Part shown: positions 53,101 through 64,000 of the stretch, one piece after another
Layout: each line of letters starts with the position of its first letter
Numbering within the stretch: the stretch's first letter is position 1
Assembly (NCBI GenBank): GCA_023205875.1
Contig: CP060760.1
Coordinates: forward strand, 496,001 to 560,000
Source: Chloropicon primus
Lineage: Eukaryota
DNA length: 64,000 bases
Reading direction: 5' to 3'
Translations under genes and position numbers: made by a program
The notes under the pieces: generated by a model
Seen by the model: only the letters and a program-made list of their open reading frames with translations
What the model was told of the DNA's origin: nothing
Database searches by the model: none

Positions 53101-53937
53101 ATGAACACGGGAGGGGTGGTGAGGGTGAAGGGGAAGAGGAGGAGGAGGAGGAAGGAGGACTACGATTCCCCTCTCGAGTCCCTCGAGAAACTGATGCGAG
53201 CCATGTCCGTGGACGACGGGGGGAGTTGCGTCGTTGGCCTGATCAGGGGGACATCGGTTTGGATGCGTGTGACAGAATTCACTTCCAACTGCCTTGGGCG
53301 GTGCTGCGTAGGACGGTACATGCCCAGCTTAGACCCGGCGCTGGTGGAGGCGATCGCAAAAGTGAAGCGGCCAGGACAAGCTGGGGAGGAGGGGGCAGCA
53401 GAAAACCCGGGGCAGGGCTCGTGGTACAGGCTGTGCCTCGAGGAGGCATTCTTCTGCGTCCACTGCTTGCACTGCCTGGACCTCCACGATTTCGAGGCCG
53501 TGGGGAGTAAGATCTCCGTCGAGGAGTGCTGGCGTCGGTTCGTGCAACTGCAGCCCAACTTTCTGAAGACTTACATATCTTACCAGCACTTCAGGGGCGA
53601 GGGGTACATCGTGAAGAGTGGGATCTACTATGGCTGCACACAGGTCCTCTACAGGGCCCACCCCACGGTGTCCCACTCCGAGTACTGCACTCTCGCGATT
53701 CTCCAGCGGACCGAGGAGGAGGGCGAGACCAGGGACAAGGAGATCCCATACGAGGATCTCCAGAGCTTGGTTCGGGTTAGCGTCAACGTGAAGAAGAAGC
53801 TCGTGCTCCTCTACATATTTTTGCCGACCCCGGACAAGTGTGGCTGCGACGTGTCTGACGTGAACATTCTGCAGCTCGTGGAGGTCGACGAGTTCGCCGT
53901 GACGAGGTGGCTGCCCGGGAGCGCGCCACACGGCTGA
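53101..53937 (+). CDS. SEN2: tRNA-splicing endonuclease catalytic subunit SEN2-like
   Basis: LCLEEAFF, YQHFRGEGYIVKSG..YG...LYRAHP...HSEY, RVSVNVKK (Tyr/His/Lys triad). Confidence 0.85.
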   Translation: MNTGGVVRVKGKRRRRRKEDYDSPLESLEKLMRAMSVDDGGSCVVGLIRGTSVWMRVTEFTSNCLGRCCVGRYMPSLDPALVEAIAKVKRPGQAGEEGAAENPGQGSWYRLCLEEAFFCVHCLHCLDLHDFEAVGSKISVEECWRRFVQLQPNFLKTYISYQHFRGEGYIVKSGIYYGCTQVLYRAHPTVSHSEYCTLAILQRTEEEGETRDKEIPYEDLQSLVRVSVNVKKKLVLLYIFLPTPDKCGCDVSDVNILQLVEVDEFAVTRWLPGSAPHG

Positions 53938-54154
53938 GGCTGCTGGGGGACAGGCTTGCCTGCCTGCATCTTTTCCTGGAAAAGTAATTATTTAATTCGT
54001 CGCGACTTGTTATTTATGGCCAGAAGCCGAAACGTGCGAAGAGAAACACACACGCACACACACACACACCGATCAAAGTTGGGACTTGCCGTATAGGATT
54101 ACAAACTTTAGTTCTGGATGGAGAAAAAAAAGCATACGCGGAGAAGGAGAAAAC

Positions 54155-55033
54155 TCACTCCGTTTTCTTGGCAGGAGGCTTGAGCTTGGCCAGGACCTTG
54201 TCGTTCACAAACTCCTTTGCTTGCCCCACGACCTCGTCCACCTTGACCTTGGCGATGTTGACGTACATGTCGATGTCCTCCTTGTACATGACGTAGACCT
54301 TTGGACCCCCGAAAGCACCGCAGACCGCGATGTACGCCAGGGTCGAGAGGGCGAACATCGCGCTTATCTTGGCCATGATGTAGAGCGCGAACCCCGCCTT
54401 GATCGAGAGCGCTGGCTCGTGACCCTTTGCGATCCTATAGAAGACCCCGATGGCCTTGTTGGTGTATGTCTTTCCGTGCTCCGAGATGCAAGCGAACGCC
54501 TCGTCAATGGCCTCGGGCTTTGGCTCCGGAAGAGGAAACTCTGGCTTCCCCAAGAGCTGAGCGATGATGCTCCAGACAAACGTTCCCACGACCCCAACGA
54601 GCAACATATTGCAGACGATGTACGTCGCCGAGTACCCGCTGCAGTGGAAGAGGACGTAGGCCACGGTGGCCCCCCCGAAGATGCCTCCGGTCTTCACGGG
54701 ATTCTCCCAGAGCAGCAGCTCCTCCACTGTTGTTCGGTCCGGTTCGGTTTTCGAAGAAGATCGGCGTTTCGTTTGGGCAAACGAAAAAACAAACAAACAG
54801 AAAGAGAGTCAGAACCCGAAGGAACGAACGGGAAGGCCGTCGAGCGCGAGCCTCCGTGAGGAGATCTTCCGGAAAGGCCATCGCCTCAGGTCCCCATCGC
54901 CTGTGCCAACCCCGTCCACGACCCTCTCCTCGCCAAGTAACGCTTCCTCCTTACCTTCTTTCGACACCTTCATGCCCGTGCAGGTCTTCTCCCCCGCTCC
55001 ATTCGTAACGCTCGCCCCGTTCTCTCCAGCCAT
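54155..55033 (-). CDS. Reticulon-like protein, 2 exons
   Basis: VEELLLWENPVKTG, two long hydrophobic hairpins, PKVYVMYKEDID; exons 55033-54955 and 54726-54155. Confidence 0.9.
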
Positions 55034-55501
55034 CGTGCTCGCGTCCTTGGCTTGCGTGCGTGTGTGTGTGCTTGTGTGTCTCGAGTCGCGCAGTCGTAAA
55101 GCCCGTGCCCTCGTTAGGTTCTCTAAGCAGCAGCTCCTGAAGTTACGTGGTGCAGCGGACAACGCGGTCAGTGGCTCCACGATCCCTCCAATCTTTCCAA
55201 GCGGGGCATCAAAAGAAAGAGAAAACGAAGACGCATCCATCGATCCAAACCTCTACCCACGTTACCCTCGTCTCCACCCCCGAAACAACGCCGCAAACTC
55301 ACCTCGTTCGTTCCGTTCCGTCACCTCGCTCTCTTGTCTGTTGTCTCTCCCTTCCAAAAAATAACCAAAAAAAATAATATCTGTAGCACCATGCATTTTG
55401 TAATATATTATATACGACGTTACTTTTCCATTGTTCGATGCGTTACGTTAATTATCCAATGGAGTTGGAGGAGGCCGAAGAGGGAGGTTTTGGATCGGTG
55501 G

Positions 55502-56167
55502 ATGAGGATGAGGATGAGGATGATGGCGTCGAGGTTGTGGTTGTCGTCCTCCTCCCCCATGACGAGGATGAGGACGAGGACGAGGACGAGGTTGTCTTCT
55601 TCGTCTTTGTCTTCTTTGTCTACTTCTTCCTCTTCCTCCTCGGTGGCGGTCGTCGTCGTCGCGAGGGACGGGAGGAACAAGCCGTCGTCGAGGACATCCC
55701 CTCGTCGAGCAGGCGTCATCCCCTCGGCGTCCTTGAGGAGGCCAGTGCCTTCGGTTTCTTCCTCGAGGCCGAGGGCGAGGCTCGTGAAAGCTTTCTCGCG
55801 GACTGAGGAGGACGACGACATCGTGGAGTTCGGGTACTCGAGGAAGGACGTCATCTTCCTGTGCATGGTTCCCTTGGTCGGTGGGTACGCCACGTACTAC
55901 GGCTTGCAGAAGTTCGGGGGGTTGAACCCCATCGAGGCTGGGAACTACGTGCAGGTTATCTTCGTCTTCCTCCTGTGCGTCGCGTGGTGCGGCTCGTACC
56001 TGTTTCGTGTGGGCACGAAGAACATGACGTACACCCAGCAGCTCAAGGACTACGAGGAGGCCGTGATGCAGAAGAGGCTGCAGGAGATGTCCGACAGCGA
56101 GATCAAGGAGATCCTCGACTCGGGGAAGAGCGCAGAGGAGATTTATAGGGAAGATAAAGGCGGTTGA
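55502..56167 (+). CDS. Plastid DUF3007-family membrane protein
   Basis: FGYSRKDV, W..SYLFRV..KNMTY.QQLKDYEEAVMQKRL; Ser/Arg-rich transit peptide; several candidate start Mets between 55502 and 55523. Confidence 0.85.
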   Translation: MRMRMRMMASRLWLSSSSPMTRMRTRTRTRLSSSSLSSLSTSSSSSSVAVVVVARDGRNKPSSRTSPRRAGVIPSASLRRPVPSVSSSRPRARLVKAFSRTEEDDDIVEFGYSRKDVIFLCMVPLVGGYATYYGLQKFGGLNPIEAGNYVQVIFVFLLCVAWCGSYLFRVGTKNMTYTQQLKDYEEAVMQKRLQEMSDSEIKEILDSGKSAEEIYREDKGG

Positions 56168-56246
56168 CTTTGGCATTATATAACACCCATTTAGCCGGTG
56201 GCTCTGTTGCACTTTTGTTCTTCACCTTCACCCCGGACCGCGCAAC

Positions 56247-59200
56247 CTAGCGCTCCTCGCGGACCACCTCCCGCCCCGGGACCCGTGAGACCTCTGCCAG
56301 AATGTCGTCCAGGACCTTTGCCGCGGCCTCTGGCGCCCCGTCCTCGCGCAGTCTCAGGGCCAGGCTCGAGACGTCGTTGCAGACGGACAGGCCCACGGCC
56401 CACTGCAATTTCGTGGCCATCCGGAGGAAGGACAGCATGGTGTCCAGCGTGGCGACCAGGAGCACCGACGACCTCGCAGCGGCCCTCCCCTCGGTCTGTA
56501 AGAGACCGATGAGCCAGGGAAGGACGTTCCGCTTGTACACGAGCTGGTACGCGAACTTCTCGAACCCCGATGCCTTTTTCAAGAGCAGCAAGATCGCTTT
56601 GACGATCTCGAGGTCGCTGAACGCCGCGGTCGCAAAACCCATCAGCACCTCAAAGGCGAATCGCTTTCTGAACGGGCCAAAGTCCGCCTCGTGCGACAGG
56701 GAAACGTGCAAATATCTCAAGAGCCAAGATTGGTACCTGACGTAATCGGGGGACGAAGTGTGCAGGAGGTCCAGGAAGACGGGAATGTTGCTGGCGTCAA
56801 AGGTTGACTCCCTGCCGAGCAGCTTCTTGGCGGTCGCGTGCATGAAGTTACTCTCGTGGACCAGGCAAAGGACCAGCTCGGAGGCCAGGACAGTCGCCGG
56901 TGCGGGAATTCTCCCGTCCTCCCTCTCCGTCTCCGTTGCCATGGCCCTCGCCTTCTTCAGCAAATCGCCCACCAGCTTGCCCCCCTTGAAGTCCAACGAC
57001 ACGGAGGGCCCGCAGTAAGCCTCAAGGGCCTCGAAAGAAGCCTTGGCCAGGCCAGGAAGGCTGCTGGAAAGACCAGCCAGGGACAGGGACAGGAAGCCCT
57101 TGAATATGGACGCCTCGTAATCAAGCGTGCCCGATTCCACGTGGTGCTTCACAAAGCTGAGCAGGAACCACGGATCGTAAGAGTCGCCGGCGTACGCCGA
57201 GTCCCCGAGAATGTAGTGAATGGTTCTCGCCAAGGTGTCCACGCGTATTTGAGGAAGCTGCACGTTCAGGACGATGGACTTCAGAGCCGTCTCCTGGTCA
57301 CCGCCGCCTTGCAAGGTGCACATGTAGTATCTTCTGAACGCATCCCCCCAGAGGAACTGGTGGTGCCGGAAGGACTCCACCCCACCCCTCCCTTGCTTCG
57401 CCAGAGTCTTCATCAGTTGCAGCAGACTGGAATCTCCCGGGCTGGTGCGGCATCCGTACGCAGATAGCAACATCGAGTGTAGCTGTTGGCACTGCCTCTT
57501 TCCTTCTTCACTTTCGTACAGCGCGAAGAGATTTCCGATGGACAAGAGCTCCTCGAGGGCCCTGAAAAGGTCTTTCCTGCAGCCTTGGGGTGGTTTCTCA
57601 GGGGTACACTCGATCGAAAGACCGCTCGTGAGAATGGAACCCATACAAGTCCTGTTCTCCCCCCTCCTGGGGCTCGAGCCCTCCTGGTCGTCAAAGAGCA
57701 TCGTCTTGAAACGCGAGTGTGAGATGAGTAGATCGACCAGCTCGGTAGTGTACTGGACAAACCAGCCGCTCTTGCTCTCCTCCATCCCTTGAGCAGCCGA
57801 GTCCCTGAAAATCGCATGCATCTTTGTTCCGAATTCCGCAAGGTGGCGGAGCATTCGCCCATCGCCAAAAGCGCTCTTCACAATCACGGGCATAAAGTCA
57901 CGCATGATCGGCGCCACTTTCGCACTCTCTGGGCAAGCCTCCAAAAGGAAGCAAAAGACGTCCAAAACATCGCTCAAGAATCCCAATGACGCGTCGTCCT
58001 TTGACTTGCTCTTTGATCTCGAAACATGCATGATCGCGCGGTGCACACCATGCTGCTCGAAGAAGCCCAGCAAGAAGAGGGCGAAATCGGATTGCTCCTC
58101 TTTGGGCACGATTCGTTTGAGCCCACAAATTGCTGAGAGCATGGGGGGCAGCAAGGCTGTCGCGTTCCTCTCTGCAATCCTAGCCTTGCTTTCTTTGCAC
58201 CTTTTGAGACCCTTCTCGACGTCAAGGAGAAAGAAATCTGATCCCTTCGCGAGGGTTTGGACCAGATTCGCCATTGCCTTTGCCCCAGCAGGGTCAGAAT
58301 CCATGGAGAACAAATGCGATAAAGATCTCTCGAAGCACAAACTCGCAATCTTGCGGTGGTTTCCTTCGATCTTGCTGTTGTCGCTACCAGACACTTGAGC
58401 GCTTGCTGAAATCGTTCTCGAGTACATTTCCAGTGGCCCGCAAAGTTTTGCGAAATGCGGCGTCTCCAGTTCTCGCATGTACCGCTTGAACCCCTTGTCA
58501 CCCTCAATGGCTACCCTCATGGCAGCTGGTCGGTGCGCCAAGATTCTGGTGATGCATTCGAAAGTTTTGCTACCGCCCTTTGTCTCGATCAGTGACTTGA
58601 ACATGAACTCATAGAAGGTCGTGTCTAGCGCGACCACAGGCTGCATCTCGGCGAGCAGACAGAAAAAGGTTGCCGAATGCTCCTTCCGTGACCGAGAGCT
58701 CTGAGCGAGCCCATGAGAAATGCTGCTGATCACGCCTAGCATGAAATCTCTCTGCCACCCTGTGGCGACGCAGTCCTTTCCTGCTTTTGAGCAACCATTC
58801 AGCATTAAATGCAGTATCCGCAGCTGGAATCGAACTTCCCCCTCCCCCTTCTCTTCGTTTTCACTGCGATCGCCGCCGCGGTCAAGAAGGTCGACGAAGA
58901 AAGAAACGCATGCATCATTCGGCTCCTTCATCGACAAGATGTTGACCAGCACTTCAAGCAAAAGATTCGATTGTACTCCCTCCAAAAGAAACCTTTCCCC
59001 TTTCAGGCTCTCAAATGATTCGAGAACAAGTAACGAAACTCTGGCAAGCAGCCTCTCACAATCCTGCGAGGCCTTCAATCCCAGGGGTTTCGAGAACGCT
59101 CCAAGCTTTTGAATGAGACTGATCGCGTGCGTGCTCAAAATGGCCGAACCTTTGTCCTGTTTACGGATTGATGGTCCAAAGCATTCGATGAGTTTGGAAA

Positions 59201-62093
59201 GCGTCGCGAACCATTGAGGGGGCAGCACGCTCCGCGCGGGCACGGGCACTCCATCTAACAGGGTATTTAGTGAAGCGAGGACCGATACCTGGACCATCCA
59301 GTTCTCATTGGTTAATGACTCCGAAGCCATGGTAATGAAGTTGAAGAAGCTGAGCAAGTGCAGAGATTCTCCGTGGCAATGAAGGCAAGTCGCAGAAGCT
59401 GACAATTTCTGTTGCAAAAACCCTTCTTGTTTGCCCCCGGTGCAAAGTTCCAGAACCTGTCCCATGTGACTCTCGAGGCAGGCTGGCGAACCAGGATTAC
59501 CGTCTTTTGCATCTTGTACGAGTTTTGCAATCGCTTCGCGCAGGAAGGTCGTGGAATGCTCGTACAGGCAAATGAGATCTCGTGCCACTGAGGAAACGTA
59601 TTCTGCAATGGCCGCCTTTTCTTCATCGGGTCTCTTCTGAGAGCTCACAAAGGAGCAGCATTGCTGAACCACGAGAAGGATCAGAGGTCCAAACCTTGCG
59701 CCCTCCGTTTTCGAACCGTTTGGCCTATCGGAGGACAGGCTTTGGAGAAAGAAAACGAAGTCTGTCACTTTCCCAACGGCCTGGAACACGGCTCGGCACA
59801 GAAAATCTATGATCAAGGAAGTCTTTGCTGGGTCCTTGCCACTTGCCTTGCAGAGCTTCACGTTTTGCACCCAAATTCCAACCTCCGCTGGGTACGCCTC
59901 GAAGAGGTGGGTATTCAGCAGCAGCTTGATCACCAGATTCTCAGCCGAACGAGAAAGGCTGCTGATCCTTTCATTCGGTGCCCCTGCGTCCAAAAGCATG
60001 TGGAAAAGCATGCTCAAAGTCTTCCAGGAATAAGTCACCTCGCTATCGGTCGCAGCAGCGAGTTGCAGGAAATCAAGCAACTCCACCTTATGCCTCTGGC
60101 TGTAGTTCAGCAGTCCATCCGAAACACATTTCGAAGCGCTCTCGGCCCAACTGAATCCAAACGAGGTGTACATTTCGCCAAGACTCCTTTGGCATCGCAA
60201 AGACTGGAGCAGCACTAGCTCCATGGTGCGAGGTTGGCCGCGGTCCCCGCCCTCAGCTTCCGGGCTCGTGCTTGCCTGTACTTTCCCACCACAATCAGGT
60301 GCTGCTGTTTTTGAGGAGAGGTTATTCTTTTGCTCCTCTTTATGGTACAATTGGTCCCGAAAGTGCACATGGATCGCCACGAGGAACTTCAAGTCGGGCA
60401 ACAGAGTCAGCATCTTAGTCCTTAAAGCGTTGGTCCACGCAGAGTGAGCGGCCTTGGAATCCTGGACCAACGCAAGAAAGCTCGAGCAATTTTCCTGGAG
60501 CACGTGGCACAGCTGCAACAGCTTGTGCACTGCAAGTGTGTTGTCATGCAAAATTCCTGCCTGCAAGCTTTTCATGATCGCATTCTTTTCCACCACGGCT
60601 GACGGCAGAACAATGGCAGACAAGCATGACTCCACGAACGAGTCGAAATCAAAGTCGTCTCCAAGGTCCGAACCAGATCTCAAAACCGTAGATCCAATGA
60701 CTCGGTAGACGCTCCGCAAGCCTGACAAGGCTTGCAACACTAACGACATCCTTGACATCCACACTACGAAGGATTCCGTCGCCACGAAATGAATCACGCT
60801 TCGATGCTGAGACGCGTTTGGCTTCCAGTGCATGAACACAAAAGTTCCCATGAGAGGGTCTCTCACGAGCAAGTCCTTGAACCACCTGGCATGATTCAAG
60901 TTCCTCGAGTACTTCAAGCTTTTGTTCACCACAAAGGCGTAAGCCTTCATGCTGCTAACCATGTTCTCTAGAGACTTGTACTGGCTCGACCGCAAGGTCT
61001 CCTGGAGGCAAGACTGCCCTTCCACCTTTTTCGGATCATCGGCCGACATCATGCACAGCACGAAATCCCGATCGCTCACCGGGAACAGAGTTTGACCTTT
61101 GCCCCTGGCAAACAACTGCAACAGGATCTCCGATATCCCGTGGGCTTCTCCGGGGTGTACATCCATTGCTGCGCAGAGCAGCCGAAGGTGCTGGTGCTGA
61201 AAGAGCTTGTGCCTCTTCATCATGCTGAAGTCTGACCAATGTTTGCCGCCAAAAAGGTGAGTCCTGAGCGCGCCTGCGACCCTTTTCAAGTTTTTTGCAC
61301 CCCCTTCCGTCAGGAATCCGGTGAACAGGGCCCTGAAAAGAACTGGACGGAGGCAGACTAGGTCCCAGACGTCCCCTTGGTCCAACTCGATCACGGTGAC
61401 CATGAAATCCACGTAGGCGTCTCTCGCCGAGGCCACAACATCGCCGTCCTTTCTCTTGCCATCGTCTTGCTCCACCGCATTCCCCAGTTCACCTTCCTTC
61501 TCTACCTCTGACCGCCGCCTTTTCTTGGCTCTCAGCCTGCTCAGCTCCCTCCTGCCCATCGAGTAACCCTTGCACTTGTCAATCATTTTGGCCCAGTCCA
61601 CTCGCTTCATCATCTCCACCGCCGTCCACTCGCCCAGTTTGCACATGCTTTTGAACACTCTCATGACCTCGACTTGCTTCTCGGTGTTCCCAGACTTCAC
61701 CATGAAGAACAAGGTCTTCACGTGGTACCTGAGAACCTGCTTGCAGAGCTTGTCGGCCTTCCACTGCGAAGCATAGTCGCTCGTAGTCGCCGAGGTCTCG
61801 CTCCTGACTCGGTCCGTATCCGCTCCAGAAACCGAAGCAAGGTACTCGGAGAGGCATCTGAGGATCGAGCCTCCACCCTCGGAGTGGTTCACCAGAGCCT
61901 GAGAGCCCAGGCCTTCCTTAAGCAGTTCTATTGTCTTCCCAGGGCTCGCCTTGGACAAGCGCCCTCCCTCCTCCCCTCCCCCCCCAACGCTTTCATTTCG
62001 ATACGTCTCCGCGATGCATTTCAAGTGATAGACGCTCTCTTGAATGCGATGGTTCCGCACGGCATCGAGCGCCAGCTCGACCACCTGTTCCAT
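56247..62093 (-). CDS. URB1: Nucleolar pre-ribosomal-associated protein URB1/Npa1-like
   Basis: ~1950-aa helical protein; C-terminal LLSAYG, YDPWFLL, GFLSLSLAGLSS and IPVF motifs resemble the NopRA1 region. Confidence 0.7.
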   Translation of the reverse strand: MEQVVELALDAVRNHRIQESVYHLKCIAETYRNESVGGGGEEGGRLSKASPGKTIELLKEGLGSQALVNHSEGGGSILRCLSEYLASVSGADTDRVRSETSATTSDYASQWKADKLCKQVLRYHVKTLFFMVKSGNTEKQVEVMRVFKSMCKLGEWTAVEMMKRVDWAKMIDKCKGYSMGRRELSRLRAKKRRRSEVEKEGELGNAVEQDDGKRKDGDVVASARDAYVDFMVTVIELDQGDVWDLVCLRPVLFRALFTGFLTEGGAKNLKRVAGALRTHLFGGKHWSDFSMMKRHKLFQHQHLRLLCAAMDVHPGEAHGISEILLQLFARGKGQTLFPVSDRDFVLCMMSADDPKKVEGQSCLQETLRSSQYKSLENMVSSMKAYAFVVNKSLKYSRNLNHARWFKDLLVRDPLMGTFVFMHWKPNASQHRSVIHFVATESFVVWMSRMSLVLQALSGLRSVYRVIGSTVLRSGSDLGDDFDFDSFVESCLSAIVLPSAVVEKNAIMKSLQAGILHDNTLAVHKLLQLCHVLQENCSSFLALVQDSKAAHSAWTNALRTKMLTLLPDLKFLVAIHVHFRDQLYHKEEQKNNLSSKTAAPDCGGKVQASTSPEAEGGDRGQPRTMELVLLQSLRCQRSLGEMYTSFGFSWAESASKCVSDGLLNYSQRHKVELLDFLQLAAATDSEVTYSWKTLSMLFHMLLDAGAPNERISSLSRSAENLVIKLLLNTHLFEAYPAEVGIWVQNVKLCKASGKDPAKTSLIIDFLCRAVFQAVGKVTDFVFFLQSLSSDRPNGSKTEGARFGPLILLVVQQCCSFVSSQKRPDEEKAAIAEYVSSVARDLICLYEHSTTFLREAIAKLVQDAKDGNPGSPACLESHMGQVLELCTGGKQEGFLQQKLSASATCLHCHGESLHLLSFFNFITMASESLTNENWMVQVSVLASLNTLLDGVPVPARSVLPPQWFATLSKLIECFGPSIRKQDKGSAILSTHAISLIQKLGAFSKPLGLKASQDCERLLARVSLLVLESFESLKGERFLLEGVQSNLLLEVLVNILSMKEPNDACVSFFVDLLDRGGDRSENEEKGEGEVRFQLRILHLMLNGCSKAGKDCVATGWQRDFMLGVISSISHGLAQSSRSRKEHSATFFCLLAEMQPVVALDTTFYEFMFKSLIETKGGSKTFECITRILAHRPAAMRVAIEGDKGFKRYMRELETPHFAKLCGPLEMYSRTISASAQVSGSDNSKIEGNHRKIASLCFERSLSHLFSMDSDPAGAKAMANLVQTLAKGSDFFLLDVEKGLKRCKESKARIAERNATALLPPMLSAICGLKRIVPKEEQSDFALFLLGFFEQHGVHRAIMHVSRSKSKSKDDASLGFLSDVLDVFCFLLEACPESAKVAPIMRDFMPVIVKSAFGDGRMLRHLAEFGTKMHAIFRDSAAQGMEESKSGWFVQYTTELVDLLISHSRFKTMLFDDQEGSSPRRGENRTCMGSILTSGLSIECTPEKPPQGCRKDLFRALEELLSIGNLFALYESEEGKRQCQQLHSMLLSAYGCRTSPGDSSLLQLMKTLAKQGRGGVESFRHHQFLWGDAFRRYYMCTLQGGGDQETALKSIVLNVQLPQIRVDTLARTIHYILGDSAYAGDSYDPWFLLSFVKHHVESGTLDYEASIFKGFLSLSLAGLSSSLPGLAKASFEALEAYCGPSVSLDFKGGKLVGDLLKKARAMATETEREDGRIPAPATVLASELVLCLVHESNFMHATAKKLLGRESTFDASNIPVFLDLLHTSSPDYVRYQSWLLRYLHVSLSHEADFGPFRKRFAFEVLMGFATAAFSDLEIVKAILLLLKKASGFEKFAYQLVYKRNVLPWLIGLLQTEGRAAARSSVLLVATLDTMLSFLRMATKLQWAVGLSVCNDVSSLALRLREDGAPEAAAKVLDDILAEVSRVPGREVVREER

Positions 62094-62579
62094 CGTATCC
62101 TCTCCCTCCCTCTCTACGGTGCTCCTGCTTCGCTTCGGTTCCCTCTTCTCCCTCGACGATTTCGCTCGACTAGGGCGCCAACTCACGCAAATTAAGAGCG
62201 TAAGGGGTCGTTCGAAAGGTAAGAGAAAGCAACTTCACGACGTCACGACCCCGTTACCATTCCTACGCCACTTCTTCGACACCTTCCGCCTCCTCCACGA
62301 CGGGTGTCGGGGCGATCGATGGATCGACGACTGCTGCCAGCAGCCACCGTCTCCTCCAAAACTGCATCTCATCCCACGGACAAGTTCTGTCTTGGATTAC
62401 TGCACCCAGGGTGAGACTTGCTGGAACTTTTTGACGGTGAGGGAGACGAGTGGGTGAGAAGGAGCGAGAATCAGGGGGAACCACTGCGTCTGTATCTTTC
62501 GATCGTGTCCTCTCTCGAGCGATTTGATGACCTGGTGAGGATCTTAGCCTTTGATTAACTTTGACACTACAGCAGGGAG

Positions 62580-63401
62580 ATGTCTTCGACGTCCAACGGA
62601 CGAGGGGGTCAAGTGAGGTTCACGACGTACTCTCACCGAGCGGTGTACGACCCGAACAATCCTAGTGCGTCATGCGAGTACGAGAGCTTCTCGAGGGGTA
62701 TAAGGGAAGGAGAGCCGGGTCCTGCAAGCGGCCAAGGCAGAGGCAAAGTCATCATATCCGAGACGCACAGGACGTATTCAGACTTAGCTGGGTACGAGAG
62801 ACTCGGCCTTGCGAGGACGGTGAGTGGGTCAAGCGAGGGAGGGAGGCTTCCCTGACCTCTTGCCGCCGAAATGCTCTGCAAAACAAACACTAACAAGCCA
62901 TGCTTTGTCGACCTGTCTGCCACGTGCCAGCTTGGAGAACAAGGGCAAAGCGTCACGAGAGAGAGGTTTGCGAGCGGGGAGGAGCGCACCTCCCAGTCCT
63001 TTGCGTCTCTTGATGCCTCGAATGCCTCGGCATTCGATAGAAGCTGGCAGGAGCACGCGGCATCCCGTGGCCTGGATCGGATCCAGTTCCTCAAGGGCTC
63101 CTCGGCGACGAGGGAGCAGATTCAACAGCAGCAGCGTCGAGGGAGGGCCGTGCAGTCGGAAGAGGAGAGGGAGATCGCTCGAAGGGGGCGGGAGATGTTC
63201 AATCAGCACACGGAGCGCATCGTGAGGCAGGCGAGGGAACTGGGAGGAACAGCCAGGACAAGCAGAGCGAGCGCCAGGCAGGGGCAAACTCAAACTGGTT
63301 CTAGAGGTTTACCAGCAGCTAGCAACGCGGGGGGCCAGTCGCAAGATGAAAGACAAGCCAGGGAGTGGGCGAGGCAAGAAGCCCAGCGCTTCTGGAGTTG
63401 A
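62580..63401 (+). CDS. Myeloid leukemia factor (MLF)-like protein, at least 2 exons
   Basis: Exons 62580-62819 and 62931-63401 give SETHRTYSD..GYERLGLART|LGEQGQSVTRER..SGEE..AFDRSW; an additional upstream exon is possible. Confidence 0.65.
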
Positions 63402-63479
63402 CTCTGCTGGTTACGGTTTTTGCTTTTTTTTTTTTTTTTTTTTTTTTTACATGTTGTTGTAGTACAGAAAAGAAGAACT

Positions 63480-64000
63480 TCAGGCTTCCTGCTTGACCGT
63501 GATGGTGTCCCACCAGTCCGGAATGAGTGACTTGGCTTCCTGCTGAATCGTCGTCAGGGCGGACCGTATTGCGGAGGTGGATGCTCCAGTGTGGCTGCTG
63601 ATTGTGTTGATGTGGATGAAAGTATCGTCCTTGGAGATCTGAGTCACGTACATCAGGATGCCTCCAGCAATGGAGATGGGACTCTTCCCGTCCCACAACT
63701 TGGAGTGGCCCTTGTCCGACGCGATCTTGGCCATGTGCTTGGCGAGCCTCGTGCCGGCCTGGCTGATCTCCAAGCTCTTGGAAAACCTATCGATGTAGTC
63801 AGAGGGCTTGACAGTCTCCATCTCATTGTGCCTGATGCCAAGCTTGTTCACAATCACTTTGAAGCACCTCATGATGATCACCATGTGCGTGTCTTTCGAG
63901 ACGGCGGTGATCTCCTTGAAAGTTCTCGGACACTTTTCAATTCTGCAAGCCACGTAGATGCAAGCCGCGCACGCTTCATGGAGCTTCCGTTCCTTCAAGT
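63480..64000 (-). CDS. TFIIB: Transcription initiation factor TFIIB (3' part; 5' end outside window)
   Basis: AACIYVACRIEKCPRTFKEI, DYIDRFSKSL, GKSPISIAGG cyclin-fold repeats. Confidence 0.88.
   Translation of the reverse strand, partial: LKERKLHEACAACIYVACRIEKCPRTFKEITAVSKDTHMVIIMRCFKVIVNKLGIRHNEMETVKPSDYIDRFSKSLEISQAGTRLAKHMAKIASDKGHSKLWDGKSPISIAGGILMYVTQISKDDTFIHINTISSHTGASTSAIRSALTTIQQEAKSLIPDWWDTITVKQEA

Overview
Gene-dense, GC-rich eukaryotic DNA with short GT-AG introns, many microsatellites and plastid-type genes. It is most consistent with a compact green-algal nuclear genome; a Chloropicon-like picoalga is inferred, not proven. About 30 protein genes are supported: a double-SANT MYB factor, fibrillin-like, argC, OTU deubiquitinase, HSP10, PSP-GPDH fusion, fibrillarin, nicastrin, RimP-like, RRP43, a phosphoserine aminotransferase, cyclophilin, RING, SEN2, reticulon, DUF3007, URB1, MLF-like, TFIIB and four cilium-associated genes (TTLL9, a GNW-motif MIP-like gene, CFAP96-like, CCDC39). 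Most notable: (1) three tandem ABCG half-transporters combining a Cys-rich ectodomain with an EF-hand pair, the middle copy being an unequal-crossover chimera of the outer two; (2) a signal peptide-LamG-Ig-like-GT2-HDEL protein, predicted to be a soluble ER glycosyltransferase; (3) a SerC homologue with substituted active-site motifs behind a ~1.3 kb multi-intron leader; (4) a duplicated peptide ORF with mostly synonymous divergence just upstream of argC; (5) a tandem structured-RNA candidate next to fibrillarin; (6) an acidic Tyr-rich membrane protein whose main exon the ORF track does not show. All family calls are from motif recognition by eye and exon boundaries are predicted; no searches were run.
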